A stretch of DNA of 32,000 nt from Desulfocapsa sulfexigens DSM 10523 (GCF_000341395.1 NC_020304.1:2550001-2582000); one strand, 5' to 3'; shown: positions 15,810 through 26,257, counted from the stretch's first letter. Notes: generated from the letters alone by a model not told the origin. Numbers and translations: made by a program.

Positions 15810-16826
15810 ATGACCTCAAAAGCTAATACCGTTGCCTTCCAAGCCGGCGAACGCAATATCTTTTTTCATATCCTTACCGCATGTAACCTTTCCTGTCGCC
15901 ACTGTTATATAAATACCAGTCAGCACGGGACAACCACTCTACCAAAAGAAACCATGCTGAAGTGGCTTGAACTTTTTGCCGATCCGAACAAAAAGTCCAA
16001 TGTGATCTTTCTGGGAGGTGAGCCTACCATGCACCCGGATCTTGCTGATGGTATAGCGAAAGCGAAAGAATTGGGAATGGCTGTAACGGTTGATTCCAAT
16101 GGGTATCTTTTTAACAATCTGCTGGAGAAGACAAGCCCGGATCTCCTTGATTATTTGAGTTTTAGTCTTGATGGGCCCGATCCTTCGGTGAATGATCCTA
16201 TTCGTGGTGAAGGTGTTTTTGAGGTATGTACTACCAATATGGGCAAAGCTGTGGCGGCTGGGTATAACGTTTCGGTGATTTACACGGTATCCAACCTGAA
16301 CATTGAGCATCTGCATCGCATGATACCACTACTTCAGGATATTGGAGTAAAACGTTTTTTTATTCAGGTAATCGGCTTGCGCGGGAATTCAGCCAAAACA
16401 AGCGCAGGGGAACAGGGGTGGCAGGTAAGCCCTGAACAATGGCTTGATGTCGTTCCCCGTGTCGCAATCCAGGCGGCCGAGGCTGGAATTCACGTAACCT
16501 TCCCAAAGGTTTTTCTTGACCCGAATGAAAAATTTGAGTGTGCCGGTCTTGTGACCGAAAATTTCTTTATTTTTCCAAATGGCCGGGTGTATCGTTGCCC
16601 GCTCTGTGAAGATCACCCGATTCATGCTCTTGAAATTAAAAATGAAACTCTGGTTCCCAATCAGAATATGAGACTGACGGAGGATAACTTCTTCCAGTTA
16701 AATATAGAAGAGGGTTGCGTTATGAACAGGCTTCTGCAGCCGGATACCATATCCTACGATGCGCAGGGGAAACCACTACACAGAATTTCCTGCTGTCTCC
16801 TGAAACAGGAAATATTGCCTGTGTAG
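15810..16826 (+). CDS. Radical SAM enzyme with C-terminal twitch/SPASM-like Cys motif
   Basis: CNLSCRHC (Cx3Cx2C) near the N-terminus and a GGEPTMHPD SAM-binding motif. C-terminal CAGLVTENFFIFPNGRVYRCPLC fits CX13GX4C of twitch/SPASM auxiliary-cluster domains. No clear SD sequence precedes the ATG. Confidence 0.8.
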   Translation: MTSKANTVAFQAGERNIFFHILTACNLSCRHCYINTSQHGTTTLPKETMLKWLELFADPNKKSNVIFLGGEPTMHPDLADGIAKAKELGMAVTVDSNGYLFNNLLEKTSPDLLDYLSFSLDGPDPSVNDPIRGEGVFEVCTTNMGKAVAAGYNVSVIYTVSNLNIEHLHRMIPLLQDIGVKRFFIQVIGLRGNSAKTSAGEQGWQVSPEQWLDVVPRVAIQAAEAGIHVTFPKVFLDPNEKFECAGLVTENFFIFPNGRVYRCPLCEDHPIHALEIKNETLVPNQNMRLTEDNFFQLNIEEGCVMNRLLQPDTISYDAQGKPLHRISCCLLKQEILPV

Positions 16827-16834
16827 CAGGGGGG

Positions 16835-17494
16835 ATGGATATGGAGAGGAATCCTGTAGTTTGCCCTCTGTGTCAAAGTACAGGGAGCAGTGAACTTTTT
16901 CACCGTGATACCGCTCGCAGCTATTATCGCTGTACACTCTGTCATCTTACCCACATTCCCCCGGTTCAACGACTTTCCTTAAGGGCAGAGCGGGAAGAGT
17001 ATGACAAGCATCAGAATTCACCGGATGATGTCAGGTATCGTGCCTTTCTCGGCCGTTTGTTTAACCCTTTGCATAAACGGCTCCTCCCAGACAGTCGTGG
17101 TCTCGATTTTGGCTCGGGTCCAGGGCCGACCCTTTCGCTGATGTTTGAAGAAGCAGGCCATAGAGTTAGCCTTTATGATCCTTTTTACGCGCCGGATACC
17201 CAATCTCTTCGTATCCAATATGATTTCATCACTGCGAGTGAAGTGGTTGAACATCTCCACGACCCGGCTGCAGATCTTGCACTGCTTTGGTCTCTTCTTC
17301 TTCCCGGTGGCTGGCTGGGCATCATGACAAAACTTGCTCTCGATAAGGCCGCGTTTTCCACCTGGCATTATAAAAAAGATCCTACCCACGTCTGTTTTTT
17401 TGCAAGCGAGACCATGAGGTGGCTTGCCGGGAAATGGCAGACAGAGTTACTCTTTATCGGGGATGATGTTCTTCTTTTTAAAAAACCGGAATAA
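16835..17494 (+). CDS. Class I SAM-dependent methyltransferase with N-terminal zinc ribbon
   Basis: Start set at ATG 16835, just after the radical SAM stop (16824-16826). The ORF-track start at 16715 would overlap that gene. CPLC...CTLC ribbon. Motif I is LDFGSGPG. Also has the EVVEHL motif. Confidence 0.8.
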   Translation: MDMERNPVVCPLCQSTGSSELFHRDTARSYYRCTLCHLTHIPPVQRLSLRAEREEYDKHQNSPDDVRYRAFLGRLFNPLHKRLLPDSRGLDFGSGPGPTLSLMFEEAGHRVSLYDPFYAPDTQSLRIQYDFITASEVVEHLHDPAADLALLWSLLLPGGWLGIMTKLALDKAAFSTWHYKKDPTHVCFFASETMRWLAGKWQTELLFIGDDVLLFKKPE

Positions 17495-17495
17495 C

Positions 17496-18236
17496 TCAGC
17501 TGGTTTCAGGTTTTTTCTTGCCAAAAAGGGCAGTGAGGAAAATTCCTGCCTCGTAGAGGAAGAAGAGTGGAATGGCAAGAAGGCCGGTGGCCATGAAATC
17601 TCCGGCGGTGAGAAGGAAGGCCATAAAGACGATTGCTGCGTAAAAGTAAAGTCGCTTGCTGCGGAAATATTGAGCTTTTACAAAGCCTGCTTTGCCGGCC
17701 ATGACCATGAGGAATGGTATCTCAAAGGAGAGGCCAAAGGCGAGCACGGTACGGGCAACAAAGGTGAGATATTTTCCGAATTTTGGTAAGGGCTCCAGGC
17801 TTTCACTTGCATAACTCATGAAGTAAATCAGCATACGCGGCAAGACGCCAAATAGCGCAAATGCGGCACCTGCGCCAAAAAGAAGGGTCGCCCAGAAGAC
17901 AACAGTAACGGCGAATTTTTTTTCACTGCTACGGAGTCCTGGGGCAATGAACATCCAGAGTTGAAAGAGGCTGAAGGGAAAGCTGAAGAGAATGCCAATA
18001 AGAAGTGAGAGCTTCAGGTAGGAGAGGAAGGCTTCGGGAAGATTGGTGTAAACCAAGTGATCCAGGTGTGGGCTGGCAGCAAAAAGAGGATCCATAAAGA
18101 AGCGGGCAATGTTCTCTGAGAAAAAATAGGCGACCCCTGAACAGAGAATGAGTGCCGCAAAGACCTTGATAAGGCGCTGCCGTAATTCTTCATGGTGGGG
18201 CCGAAACTGCTCGAGGCTTCTGACAATAAGGGACAC
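17496..18236 (-). CDS. tatC: Twin-arginine translocase subunit TatC
   Basis: 246 aa with six hydrophobic helices. N-terminal HHEELRQRLIKVFAALIL is typical of TatC. The GTG start overlaps the tatB stop by 1 nt. Confidence 0.93.
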   Translation of the reverse strand: MSLIVRSLEQFRPHHEELRQRLIKVFAALILCSGVAYFFSENIARFFMDPLFAASPHLDHLVYTNLPEAFLSYLKLSLLIGILFSFPFSLFQLWMFIAPGLRSSEKKFAVTVVFWATLLFGAGAAFALFGVLPRMLIYFMSYASESLEPLPKFGKYLTFVARTVLAFGLSFEIPFLMVMAGKAGFVKAQYFRSKRLYFYAAIVFMAFLLTAGDFMATGLLAIPLFFLYEAGIFLTALFGKKKPETS

Positions 18237-18691
18237 TAGCTCTGCTGCTCCGTCGATTCTTTTTTTGCCAGGATCTCGTTGGTTTTGGAGTTATCCACTT
18301 CCTTTGCGGGCTCTTCCCGCACAGCTTCTTCCATAATCGATACACTATCTGCATCTTTTTCCACTTCTATATCGATAATTTCAGAAGATTCTTTTTCTCC
18401 AGTACTTCTGAGGTCGTAAATTTTATCACGATTTTTGCTGGACCAGTCGTCACTGCTGTCGCCAAGAACATCATCGGTGAGTGCCTTTGCTGCTTTCTGC
18501 AGTTCCGGTTTAATATCCTCAAGAGGATTTCCTTCTTCAGTCAAACTTTCTTTAAGTGTGTTGGCTGTTTTTTTAAGGTCGAGGATTCCCTTGGCCACGG
18601 AACGGGCAAGGTCCGGTAATTTGTCAGGACCGACCACGATTAATGCAAGAGCAAGTATGAGAATAAACTCAGGTAAACCAATACCAAACAT
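18236..18691 (-). CDS. tatB: Twin-arginine translocase subunit, TatB-like (TatA/B/E family)
   Basis: MFGIGLPEFILILALALIVVGPDKLPDLARSVAKG is a TatA/B-family N-terminus. The GP-x-KLP motif and the long acidic tail (151 aa) favour TatB over TatA. Confidence 0.75.
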   Translation of the reverse strand: MFGIGLPEFILILALALIVVGPDKLPDLARSVAKGILDLKKTANTLKESLTEEGNPLEDIKPELQKAAKALTDDVLGDSSDDWSSKNRDKIYDLRSTGEKESSEIIDIEVEKDADSVSIMEEAVREEPAKEVDNSKTNEILAKKESTEQQS

Positions 18692-18767
18692 GTGAAAGCC
18701 TCAAATTTTCAAGGGGGAGACTGGGCCGAACCTCCAGTTTTCAGAACTGTTCGACTGATGACTGGCA

Positions 18768-18796
18768 AATGTAAGGTATTTGTTGTGGGGTGTCAA
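18768..18796 (-). promoter_or_regulatory. Candidate sigma-70 promoter for tatBC
   Basis: On the minus strand: TTGACA (18796-18791), a 17-nt spacer, then TACATT (18773-18768), about 75 nt upstream of the tatB ATG. Confidence 0.4.
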
Positions 18797-18833
18797 CTCC
18801 TACGCCGCTATTGGCAGAATGCATTAGGATGCC

Positions 18834-19859
18834 TCAGGGATGGCCAATTGTATCAATCAGCTGATAGTAGTGCTGAAAGACTTCGTTTGGAACATGGCTG
18901 TGCCAGTGACCGCTGATCAGGGCGATAATGTAACAGGTGAAGAATAGTCCCAAAAGAAGTCCCGGCAGGAGGAGCAGGTTGGTATCTTTTGTGCCGGGAA
19001 CTGCAAGGGTCAGGCATTTCTGTGCAGGGCATACCTGGACACATTCAAGGCAGCCGATACATTCGGCATTGCGTACGGTTGTTTTTCGGGTGATACGAAT
19101 GGAAGAGGGACAGGCATCTTCACATTTTTTACAATCAATACAGGTTTCAGGGGCGCGTTTGACCTGAAATGGGCTGATCAGGGCAAGGATACCGAGCAGG
19201 CCGCCATAGGGACAGAGATAGCGGCACCAAAAATTTCGCAGGACAAATGAAATAAGTAGTATTCCCAGCATGATAGATCCTGCCAGGGTGCTTGGGTGGA
19301 GGAAGAAGTGGAGCATTTTTGCATCTGATATCAGATTGTAGGAGGAACGATGAAAGTCAGTGAGATCCTCAAGTCCCATGTTCCAGAGGATAAGATAGCT
19401 AAAGAAGCCAAGGAGCAGATATTTCAGGCTGAGTAAGGGGATATCGATCCAGGCGGGAAGTGAAAGGAGTATCCCTGTTTTTTTACTGAACCGTTCTACC
19501 ATATTAGAAAAAAAGCCAACGGGACATATCCAGCCACAGAATCCTTTGCGTAGAAACAGGCTTATCAGCAGGGCGGCAATAAAAATTGTGAGGCCTGCAG
19601 GATGGATGGTGTCAAATCCTGCGCCGAGAAATAATCGTTTCAGGCTGACCAGGGCGCCAAGAGGCAGGAAGGCCTCAACTGAAGGCGGCCTTGCCACGTA
19701 CTGATGTGTAATGGGATCGAGAGCCCAGAGGTAAAAAGAGTAGAATTGCCAGCCAATAAAGAGGCAGAAAAGAGCGAAGAGCGATTGGCAGGAAAGTCGT
19801 AAAAGACTCAGACGAGAGTGAAAAAATTTTTTAGCACGCATTTCTCTGTTTTTGATCAT
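18834..19859 (-). CDS. NapH/MauN/NosH-family membrane polyferredoxin (second paralogue in window)
   Basis: Start set at ATG 19859 (MIKNREMRAKKFF...); 19841 is an alternative. Several hydrophobic helices. Two CxxCP motifs (CGWICP, CRYLCP). Two ferredoxin motifs (CIDCKKCEDACP, CIGCLECVQVCP). One extra C-terminal helix. Confidence 0.8.
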   Translation of the reverse strand: MIKNREMRAKKFFHSRLSLLRLSCQSLFALFCLFIGWQFYSFYLWALDPITHQYVARPPSVEAFLPLGALVSLKRLFLGAGFDTIHPAGLTIFIAALLISLFLRKGFCGWICPVGFFSNMVERFSKKTGILLSLPAWIDIPLLSLKYLLLGFFSYLILWNMGLEDLTDFHRSSYNLISDAKMLHFFLHPSTLAGSIMLGILLISFVLRNFWCRYLCPYGGLLGILALISPFQVKRAPETCIDCKKCEDACPSSIRITRKTTVRNAECIGCLECVQVCPAQKCLTLAVPGTKDTNLLLLPGLLLGLFFTCYIIALISGHWHSHVPNEVFQHYYQLIDTIGHP

Positions 19860-20017
19860 ACTGAAAACCCTGAAGCTGAAAGTGGAGATGATTGGAAAAA
19901 TATAGGGCAATAGTAGCAAACTTCCGCAGAGAATAGCCTTGATTCAGGTCAAGAACCAAAGATATTGTGGTAAAATATGTTTTTTTGATCTGGTTCGCCT
20001 GGTCGGCCCGCAAAAGA

Positions 20018-20046
20018 TTGACTTTCAAGGGTTGTCTGACTATATT
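20018..20046 (+). promoter_or_regulatory. Candidate sigma-70 promoter P1 upstream of purA
   Basis: TTGACT (20018-20023), a 17-nt spacer, then TATATT (20041-20046). Confidence 0.4.
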
Positions 20047-20081
20047 GACGCGGTTGTCCGTTGACGAAATCCAGGTGCGTT

Positions 20082-20110
20082 TTGATGTTGTGTTGTTTTA
20101 CTGATACAAT
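20082..20110 (+). promoter_or_regulatory. Candidate sigma-70 promoter P2 upstream of purA
   Basis: TTGATG (20082-20087), a 17-nt spacer, then TACAAT (20105-20110), about 40 nt upstream of the purA ATG. Confidence 0.4.
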
Positions 20111-20145
20111 GCGTAACGCAATAAATGTGAGTGAACAGGAGATAG

Positions 20146-21450
<1,305 letters not shown>

Positions 21451-21545
21451 CAGGTGCTTATACACTGCAGAGTTAGAAAGTGTTGACACTTTCGGGTGGC
21501 TGGATAAAGGGCTATCGTAAATATATAAAGAATTGAGGATTATGA

Positions 21546-21821
21546 ATGGCAAGAATTACCGTTGAAGATTGTCTGGAAAGCATTGGTGAGAATAAACGTT
21601 TTGATCTTGTGCATCTGACTGTGGAACGGATTCGTCAGCACAGACATGGCGAACCGTATCTCGTGGCAGGTAAAAACAAAGAGGTTGTTATGACCCTTCG
21701 GGAAGTGGCAGCCAAGAAGGTTACCTTTGAGAATATTAGAAATCTGCCCGATGCTGTAAATGAAGCAGTGACAGAAGAAGTGGAAGTAGAAAATACTGAA
21801 GAAGAAAAAGCTGCTGTCTGA
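21546..21821 (+). CDS. rpoZ: DNA-directed RNA polymerase subunit omega
   Basis: MARITVEDCLESIGENKRFDLVHLTVERIRQ is a classic RpoZ N-terminus, with an acidic tail. Confidence 0.93.
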   Translation: MARITVEDCLESIGENKRFDLVHLTVERIRQHRHGEPYLVAGKNKEVVMTLREVAAKKVTFENIRNLPDAVNEAVTEEVEVENTEEEKAAV

Positions 21822-21876
21822 AACGATGGCAGGTTAGTAACTTCGTCAAAACAGTAGACAGGCCGTAAGAGAAAAA

Positions 21877-23001
21877 ATGCAGAAATGTTATTATGAAGTG
21901 CTGTCAGTCAGCAAGGATGCAGACGGTAGCACGATCAAAAAAGCCTACCGTAAGCTCGCCATGAAATATCATCCGGATCGTAATCCCGATGATAAGGCTG
22001 CAGAGGAATCGTTTAAAGAATGCACCGAGGCTTATGAGGTGCTCAGCGATCTTCAAAAAAGAAAAATCTATGATACCTATGGCCATGAAGGTCTGAAAAG
22101 CAGTGGATATCAGGGGCCGAGCAACTTTGAAGATATGTTTTCTGGCCTGGGAGATCTCTTTGGAGATCTCTTTGGTGGCGGAAGGGGACGTAGCCGTCGT
22201 AACGGACCGCAACCCGGAAACGATCTCCGCTACGATATCGAAATTACCTTTATGGAGGCCGTGCACGGTCTTGCCAAAGAGGTGGCTATAAACAAGCGTG
22301 ATACCTGCTGGACCTGTGAGGGCAGTGGCTGTCGTCCAGGTCATAAACGTCAGACCTGCCCAAGTTGTAATGGACGCGGTCAGGTTATTCGATCCCAGGG
22401 CTTTTTTCAGGTTTCTTCAACATGCCCGCAGTGTCATGGTGAGGGGGAGATCGTGACCGAACCCTGTGGTGATTGCAATGGAAGCGGCCTGGTGGAGAAA
22501 AGTAAAAAGGTTTCTTTGAAAATTCCAGCTGGCGTTGATACCGGGGCTCAGATGCGTCTTCGTGGAGAAGGTGAAGGTGGGCGCCGTGGCGGTCCAACCG
22601 GCGATCTCTATGTTGTTATTCATGTCCAGGAACATGAGTTTTTTAAACGTGATCGGCAGACTATCTACTGTGAGTTTCCTGTCTCCATGGTTCAGGCGGC
22701 ACTTGGTTGTAAGGTGGATGTTCCGACGATCCACGGGAAGAAGAAGTTGAGCATCCCGGCAGGAAGTCAATCCGGTGAGCGCTTTACTCTGAAAAAAGAA
22801 GGTGTTCCCAGTCTGCGTGGTGGTGTTCGTGGTGATATGATTGTGCAGTTACAGGTGAAGACACCAACGAATCTCTGTGATGAACAGAAAAAGGTCCTGG
22901 AAAACTTTGATGAACTCTGCCAGAAACATGGGCAACACAAAGAAAACGAGGGGTTCTTTAGCAAACTTTTTCATGAAGTATTGGGGAAAAAGGAATCCTG
23001 A
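21877..23001 (+). CDS. dnaJ: Molecular chaperone DnaJ
   Basis: J-domain with HPD (KYHPDRN), a G/F-rich linker and four CxxCxGxG zinc-finger repeats (CWTCEGSG, CPSCNGRG, CPQCHGEG, CGDCNGSG). Confidence 0.97.
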   Translation: MQKCYYEVLSVSKDADGSTIKKAYRKLAMKYHPDRNPDDKAAEESFKECTEAYEVLSDLQKRKIYDTYGHEGLKSSGYQGPSNFEDMFSGLGDLFGDLFGGGRGRSRRNGPQPGNDLRYDIEITFMEAVHGLAKEVAINKRDTCWTCEGSGCRPGHKRQTCPSCNGRGQVIRSQGFFQVSSTCPQCHGEGEIVTEPCGDCNGSGLVEKSKKVSLKIPAGVDTGAQMRLRGEGEGGRRGGPTGDLYVVIHVQEHEFFKRDRQTIYCEFPVSMVQAALGCKVDVPTIHGKKKLSIPAGSQSGERFTLKKEGVPSLRGGVRGDMIVQLQVKTPTNLCDEQKKVLENFDELCQKHGQHKENEGFFSKLFHEVLGKKES

Positions 23002-23022
23002 TGGAAGCCTTGGGACGTTAGA

Positions 23023-23517
23023 ATGAAAGAAAATCAGGGACAGGAGTTGACTCATTTTGATGCTGATGGCAATGCCATAATGGTGGACGTCAGCAGGAAG
23101 CTTGATACTGAACGTGTGGCAACGGCAAGCGGGAAAATTACCCTGTCGCAGGATGCCTATGATCGAGTAAAAAGTGGTTCCATGGCCAAGGGGGATGTGC
23201 TTGGAGTGGCACGTGTTGCTGGAATAATGGCAGCAAAAAAAGTGGATAGTCTGATTCCTCTTTGTCACCCCCTTGCAGTAACAAAAATTACTATAGATTT
23301 TGTGTATCATGATGACCTTCGTCAGATTGAGATCGTGGCAGTTGTCGGCATTACCGGTAAAACTGGTGTGGAGATGGAAGCGCTCACAGCTGTTTCAATA
23401 ACTGCATTGACCATCTATGATATGTGTAAGGCTATAGATAAGGCAATGGTTATCAGTGATATTTGTTTGGAGAAGAAAACTGGTGGTAAGAGCGGGACAT
23501 TTATTCGACCTGAGTGA
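23023..23517 (+). CDS. moaC: Cyclic pyranopterin monophosphate synthase MoaC
   Basis: 164 aa. LTHFD...[31 protein letters not shown] and [10 protein letters not shown] are MoaC signature blocks. Confidence 0.93.
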   Translation: MKENQGQELTHFDADGNAIMVDVSRKLDTERVATASGKITLSQDAYDRVKSGSMAKGDVLGVARVAGIMAAKKVDSLIPLCHPLAVTKITIDFVYHDDLRQIEIVAVVGITGKTGVEMEALTAVSITALTIYDMCKAIDKAMVISDICLEKKTGGKSGTFIRPE

Positions 23518-23581
23518 TTGGGTATACAATGTCTCTTTTTCATATTGAATGTTTTTATGTTTAAAATGAGAGGTTTTTTGA

Positions 23582-23944
23582 ATGGAACATAAAGTACTGG
23601 ATAGCTTCCGAAAGCAACTTGAGGAAAAACGAGCAGATATTCTGAAGGAAGCAGAAAGGACATTGGCTGAGTTGAATGATCAGTCTGGAAACATTCCGGA
23701 CCCTAACGACCGTGCCAGTGCAGAATCGGGTCGTAGTTTTGAACTTAGAATAAGACAGAGGGAGCAGAAACTGCTTTCAAAAATTGAAGAGGCCCTGCAG
23801 AGAATCGAAGATGGCAATTTCGGGGAATGTGACAGCTGCGGAGAACTTATTGGCTTGAAGAGACTAGAGGCCAGGCCGGTCACCACTCTCTGTATTGAGT
23901 GTAAAACTGCCCAGGAATCAAAGGAAAAGTCTTTAAGGAAATAG
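23582..23944 (+). CDS. dksA: DksA/TraR-family C4 zinc-finger transcription factor
   Basis: 120 aa. Coiled-coil N-terminus, acidic tip (PDPNDRAS) and C-terminal CDSCGELI...CIECK zinc finger. Confidence 0.85.
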   Translation: MEHKVLDSFRKQLEEKRADILKEAERTLAELNDQSGNIPDPNDRASAESGRSFELRIRQREQKLLSKIEEALQRIEDGNFGECDSCGELIGLKRLEARPVTTLCIECKTAQESKEKSLRK

Positions 23945-23949
23945 TGTAA

Positions 23950-24957
23950 ATGCCGGAATTAAGAAAAGATCCAGTCCTCGGTCGATGGATTATCATTGCC
24001 AGGGAACGTGGGAAGCGACCTTCGGATTTTGTTATTGTTGAATCACCGGGTAGCGGTGGTTTTTGCCCTCTTTGTCCCGGCAATGAAAATACTACCCCCA
24101 ATGAAGTACTGGCTTATGGCCGTGAAAGTAATATTATCAATTCTCCCGGTTGGAAGGTCCGGGTGGTGCCGAACAAATATCCGGCTCTGGTGATTGAGGG
24201 AGATCTTAACCGCGAAGGTGAAGGACTCTATGATAAGATGAATGGGATCGGTGCCCATGAAGTTGTCGTGGAATCCCCCAACCACGATGATGTTTTTTCT
24301 GAGTTACCCTCAGAACATATGATCATGATTTTTAAGGCTTTTCAGGTTCGTATTAAAGATCTTGAACATGATGACCGATTTCGCTATGTCCTGGTTTTTA
24401 AAAACTACGGTAAGGCCGCCGGTGCCTCTCTGGAACATTCCCATTCACAGCTTGTAGCACTTCCGGTACTACCGAGAAAAATAGAATCGGAGCTGGCGGG
24501 TGCTTTAACGTATTATAATTATAAAGAACGTTGTGTATATTGTGACATTATCAGTCAGGAGCTGAAACAGGACATTCGAGTGGTTTGTAAGAATGAATAT
24601 TTTATAACCATTACTCCCTTTGCTCCGAGAACTCCTTTTGAGATGTGGATTTTACCCATCCGTCACTCCTCTGCCTACCATGAGCAGGATGATAGACAAC
24701 TGGCATCTCTCGCCGAAATATTTTCAGAAAGCCTTTGCCGGCTTGATGCCTGCATCCCCAAAGTTCCTTATAATTTTGTACTTCATACACAACCTCTGCG
24801 TTCACCGCACATGGATCATTTCCATTGGCATTTTGAGATTGTACCCAAGCTCACATCCATTGCAGGTTTTGAATGGGGCTCGGGATTCTATATTAACCCC
24901 ATGCCGCCCGAAGAAGCTGCCTCCTACCTGCGGGAGTCACTGGAGCGAATATCTTAG
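23950..24957 (+). CDS. Galactose-1-phosphate uridylyltransferase-like HIT-superfamily nucleotidyltransferase (GalT type 1-like)
   Basis: N-terminal MPELRKDPVLGRWIIIA, Zn site CPLCPGNE and active-site HSHSQL (HxHxQ). Physiological substrate unknown. Confidence 0.8.
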   Translation: MPELRKDPVLGRWIIIARERGKRPSDFVIVESPGSGGFCPLCPGNENTTPNEVLAYGRESNIINSPGWKVRVVPNKYPALVIEGDLNREGEGLYDKMNGIGAHEVVVESPNHDDVFSELPSEHMIMIFKAFQVRIKDLEHDDRFRYVLVFKNYGKAAGASLEHSHSQLVALPVLPRKIESELAGALTYYNYKERCVYCDIISQELKQDIRVVCKNEYFITITPFAPRTPFEMWILPIRHSSAYHEQDDRQLASLAEIFSESLCRLDACIPKVPYNFVLHTQPLRSPHMDHFHWHFEIVPKLTSIAGFEWGSGFYINPMPPEEAASYLRESLERIS

Positions 24958-24965
24958 AGGACTTC

Positions 24966-25316
24966 ATGAAAAAAATCTTACTTGTTGATGACGAAGAAGG
25001 TATCCAGATGCTCTATCGTGAAGAGCTCGAAGATGAGGGATACGAAGTGATTTCAGCCTATACGGGTGAGGAAGGTATCCAGAAATTTAAAGAGGAGTCT
25101 CCCGATCTGGTGATCCTCGATATTCAGATGCCTGGGATGAATGGGATTGAAACACTACGTCAGATGAAAATGGAAAATCCCAAGTTGCCTGTTATCCTGA
25201 GTTCTGCATATAACGAGTATAAGCAGGATCTTGGAGCCTGGGCTTCCGACGAGTATGTGGTGAAATCATCCAATATTAATGATCTGAAAGAAGCTGTACG
25301 TAAACACCTCTCTTAG
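24966..25316 (+). CDS. Single-domain CheY-like response regulator
   Basis: 116 aa. KILLVDDEEG, phospho-acceptor context LVILDIQMPGMNG, and a conserved K (YVVKS). No output domain. Confidence 0.9.
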   Translation: MKKILLVDDEEGIQMLYREELEDEGYEVISAYTGEEGIQKFKEESPDLVILDIQMPGMNGIETLRQMKMENPKLPVILSSAYNEYKQDLGAWASDEYVVKSSNINDLKEAVRKHLS

Positions 25317-25434
25317 GACTTGTTCCTGAACTGCTGTTATGAAAAAAATTGAAAGTTATCATTAAGTTATTTTGTTGTTACGAGAAGGTATGTAGGTTGG
25401 AGGTTTTTAGCCTGAAGGAAAGACCGCCTTTCAC

Positions 25435-26220
25435 GTGGCCTTCAACCGTTCTGTTCCTTCATCCTTCAGACCTCAGTCTTCCTTACAAATGAAAGATATC
25501 CAGAATCAGGAGGATCACCGCCGCATTAATATCAAGAAGGTGGGGGTGAAGACCATCTCCTATCCTGTCACAGTCCTTGATAAAGCTCGTTCTAAACAGC
25601 ACACCGTTGCTTCAGTGAACATGTATGTGAATCTTCCCCATCATTTTAAGGGAACACATATGAGCCGCTTTGTTGAGATTCTCAATCGTTTTCATGGGGC
25701 AATTGATATCGGGAAATTCCATGATATTCTTGCAGAAATGAAGACTAAGCTTGAGGCCGAAGCTGCTCATATTGAAATGTCTTTTGCGTACTTTCTCGCC
25801 AATAAGCTGGGAGATCCTGAGACCTTGAAATCGAGAAGGTATGAGTGCTGCATGCACGGTTCTCTTGAAGTGGTGGATGATCTTGAATTCCGGATTGAAG
25901 TTCCGGTCTCTCTGGCACTTGCTAAAAAAACAGGTCAGGGCTTGCCACGTTCTCTTGGACATTGGGGGCGTGCTGTTGTTGCAGTTAAATTTAAGAATTT
26001 TATCTGGATTGAGGATCTGATTGCTCTTGTTGAGACCGTTATTGAAGGAGAGCGTAATATGGCGCCCATTCAGGGAGAAAACAGTATGTCTGTTGAGTCT
26101 CTGACTCGTCGAATAGCCGGGAGTCTTCGAGAGGAAGAGGCGATCAAAGAATTTTCGGTAAAAGTTGAAAATCTCGCAGAGGGCTATTCCACATTTGCCA
26201 CCATGGACTCTTACTCGTAA
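25435..26220 (+). CDS. folE2: GTP cyclohydrolase FolE2/MptA (type IB)
   Basis: DIQNQEDHRRINIKKVGVKTISYPV and LPHHFKGTHMSRF are FolE2-type blocks. The start is ambiguous: GTG 25435 (AAGGAAAG 12 nt upstream) or ATG 25489 (MKDIQ..., typical family N-terminus but no SD). Confidence 0.85.
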   Translation: MAFNRSVPSSFRPQSSLQMKDIQNQEDHRRINIKKVGVKTISYPVTVLDKARSKQHTVASVNMYVNLPHHFKGTHMSRFVEILNRFHGAIDIGKFHDILAEMKTKLEAEAAHIEMSFAYFLANKLGDPETLKSRRYECCMHGSLEVVDDLEFRIEVPVSLALAKKTGQGLPRSLGHWGRAVVAVKFKNFIWIEDLIALVETVIEGERNMAPIQGENSMSVESLTRRIAGSLREEEAIKEFSVKVENLAEGYSTFATMDSYS

Positions 26221-26257
26221 AGAGCTGTTATCAAATTTACACTAAAAATGAATAATT

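Noticed and set aside
18692-18916. 74-aa plus-strand ORF covering the tatB upstream gap and the end of the NapH-like gene
   Set aside because: It starts with no RBS in the tatB promoter region and runs antisense into a supported CDS.
20110-20120. TGCGT-A-ACGCA palindrome next to the purA -10 box, reminiscent of half of an E. coli PurR box (ACGCAA)
   Set aside because: It is only a 5-1-5 palindrome and much shorter than the 16-bp PurR operator. A LacI-type PurR is not established for this lineage, so chance cannot be excluded.
22150-22173. Perfect 12-nt tandem duplication ggagatctcttt x2
   Set aside because: It lies in the G/F-rich linker of DnaJ and simply encodes GDLFGDLF. This is ordinary low-complexity coding repetition, not a regulatory or mobile repeat.
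22849-23310. 153-aa minus-strand ORF spanning the dnaJ end and the moaC start
   Set aside because: It overlaps two confidently identified plus-strand genes, its composition is Cys/His/Phe-rich as expected from an antisense reading, and it has no start context.
25353-25370. Direct repeat AAGTTAT-catt-AAGTTAT upstream of folE2, examined as a possible Zur box or riboswitch because folE2 is zinc-regulated in several bacteria
   Set aside because: It is not palindromic like known Zur/Fur operators, and I could not recognise any riboswitch-like conserved structure in the 170-nt leader.
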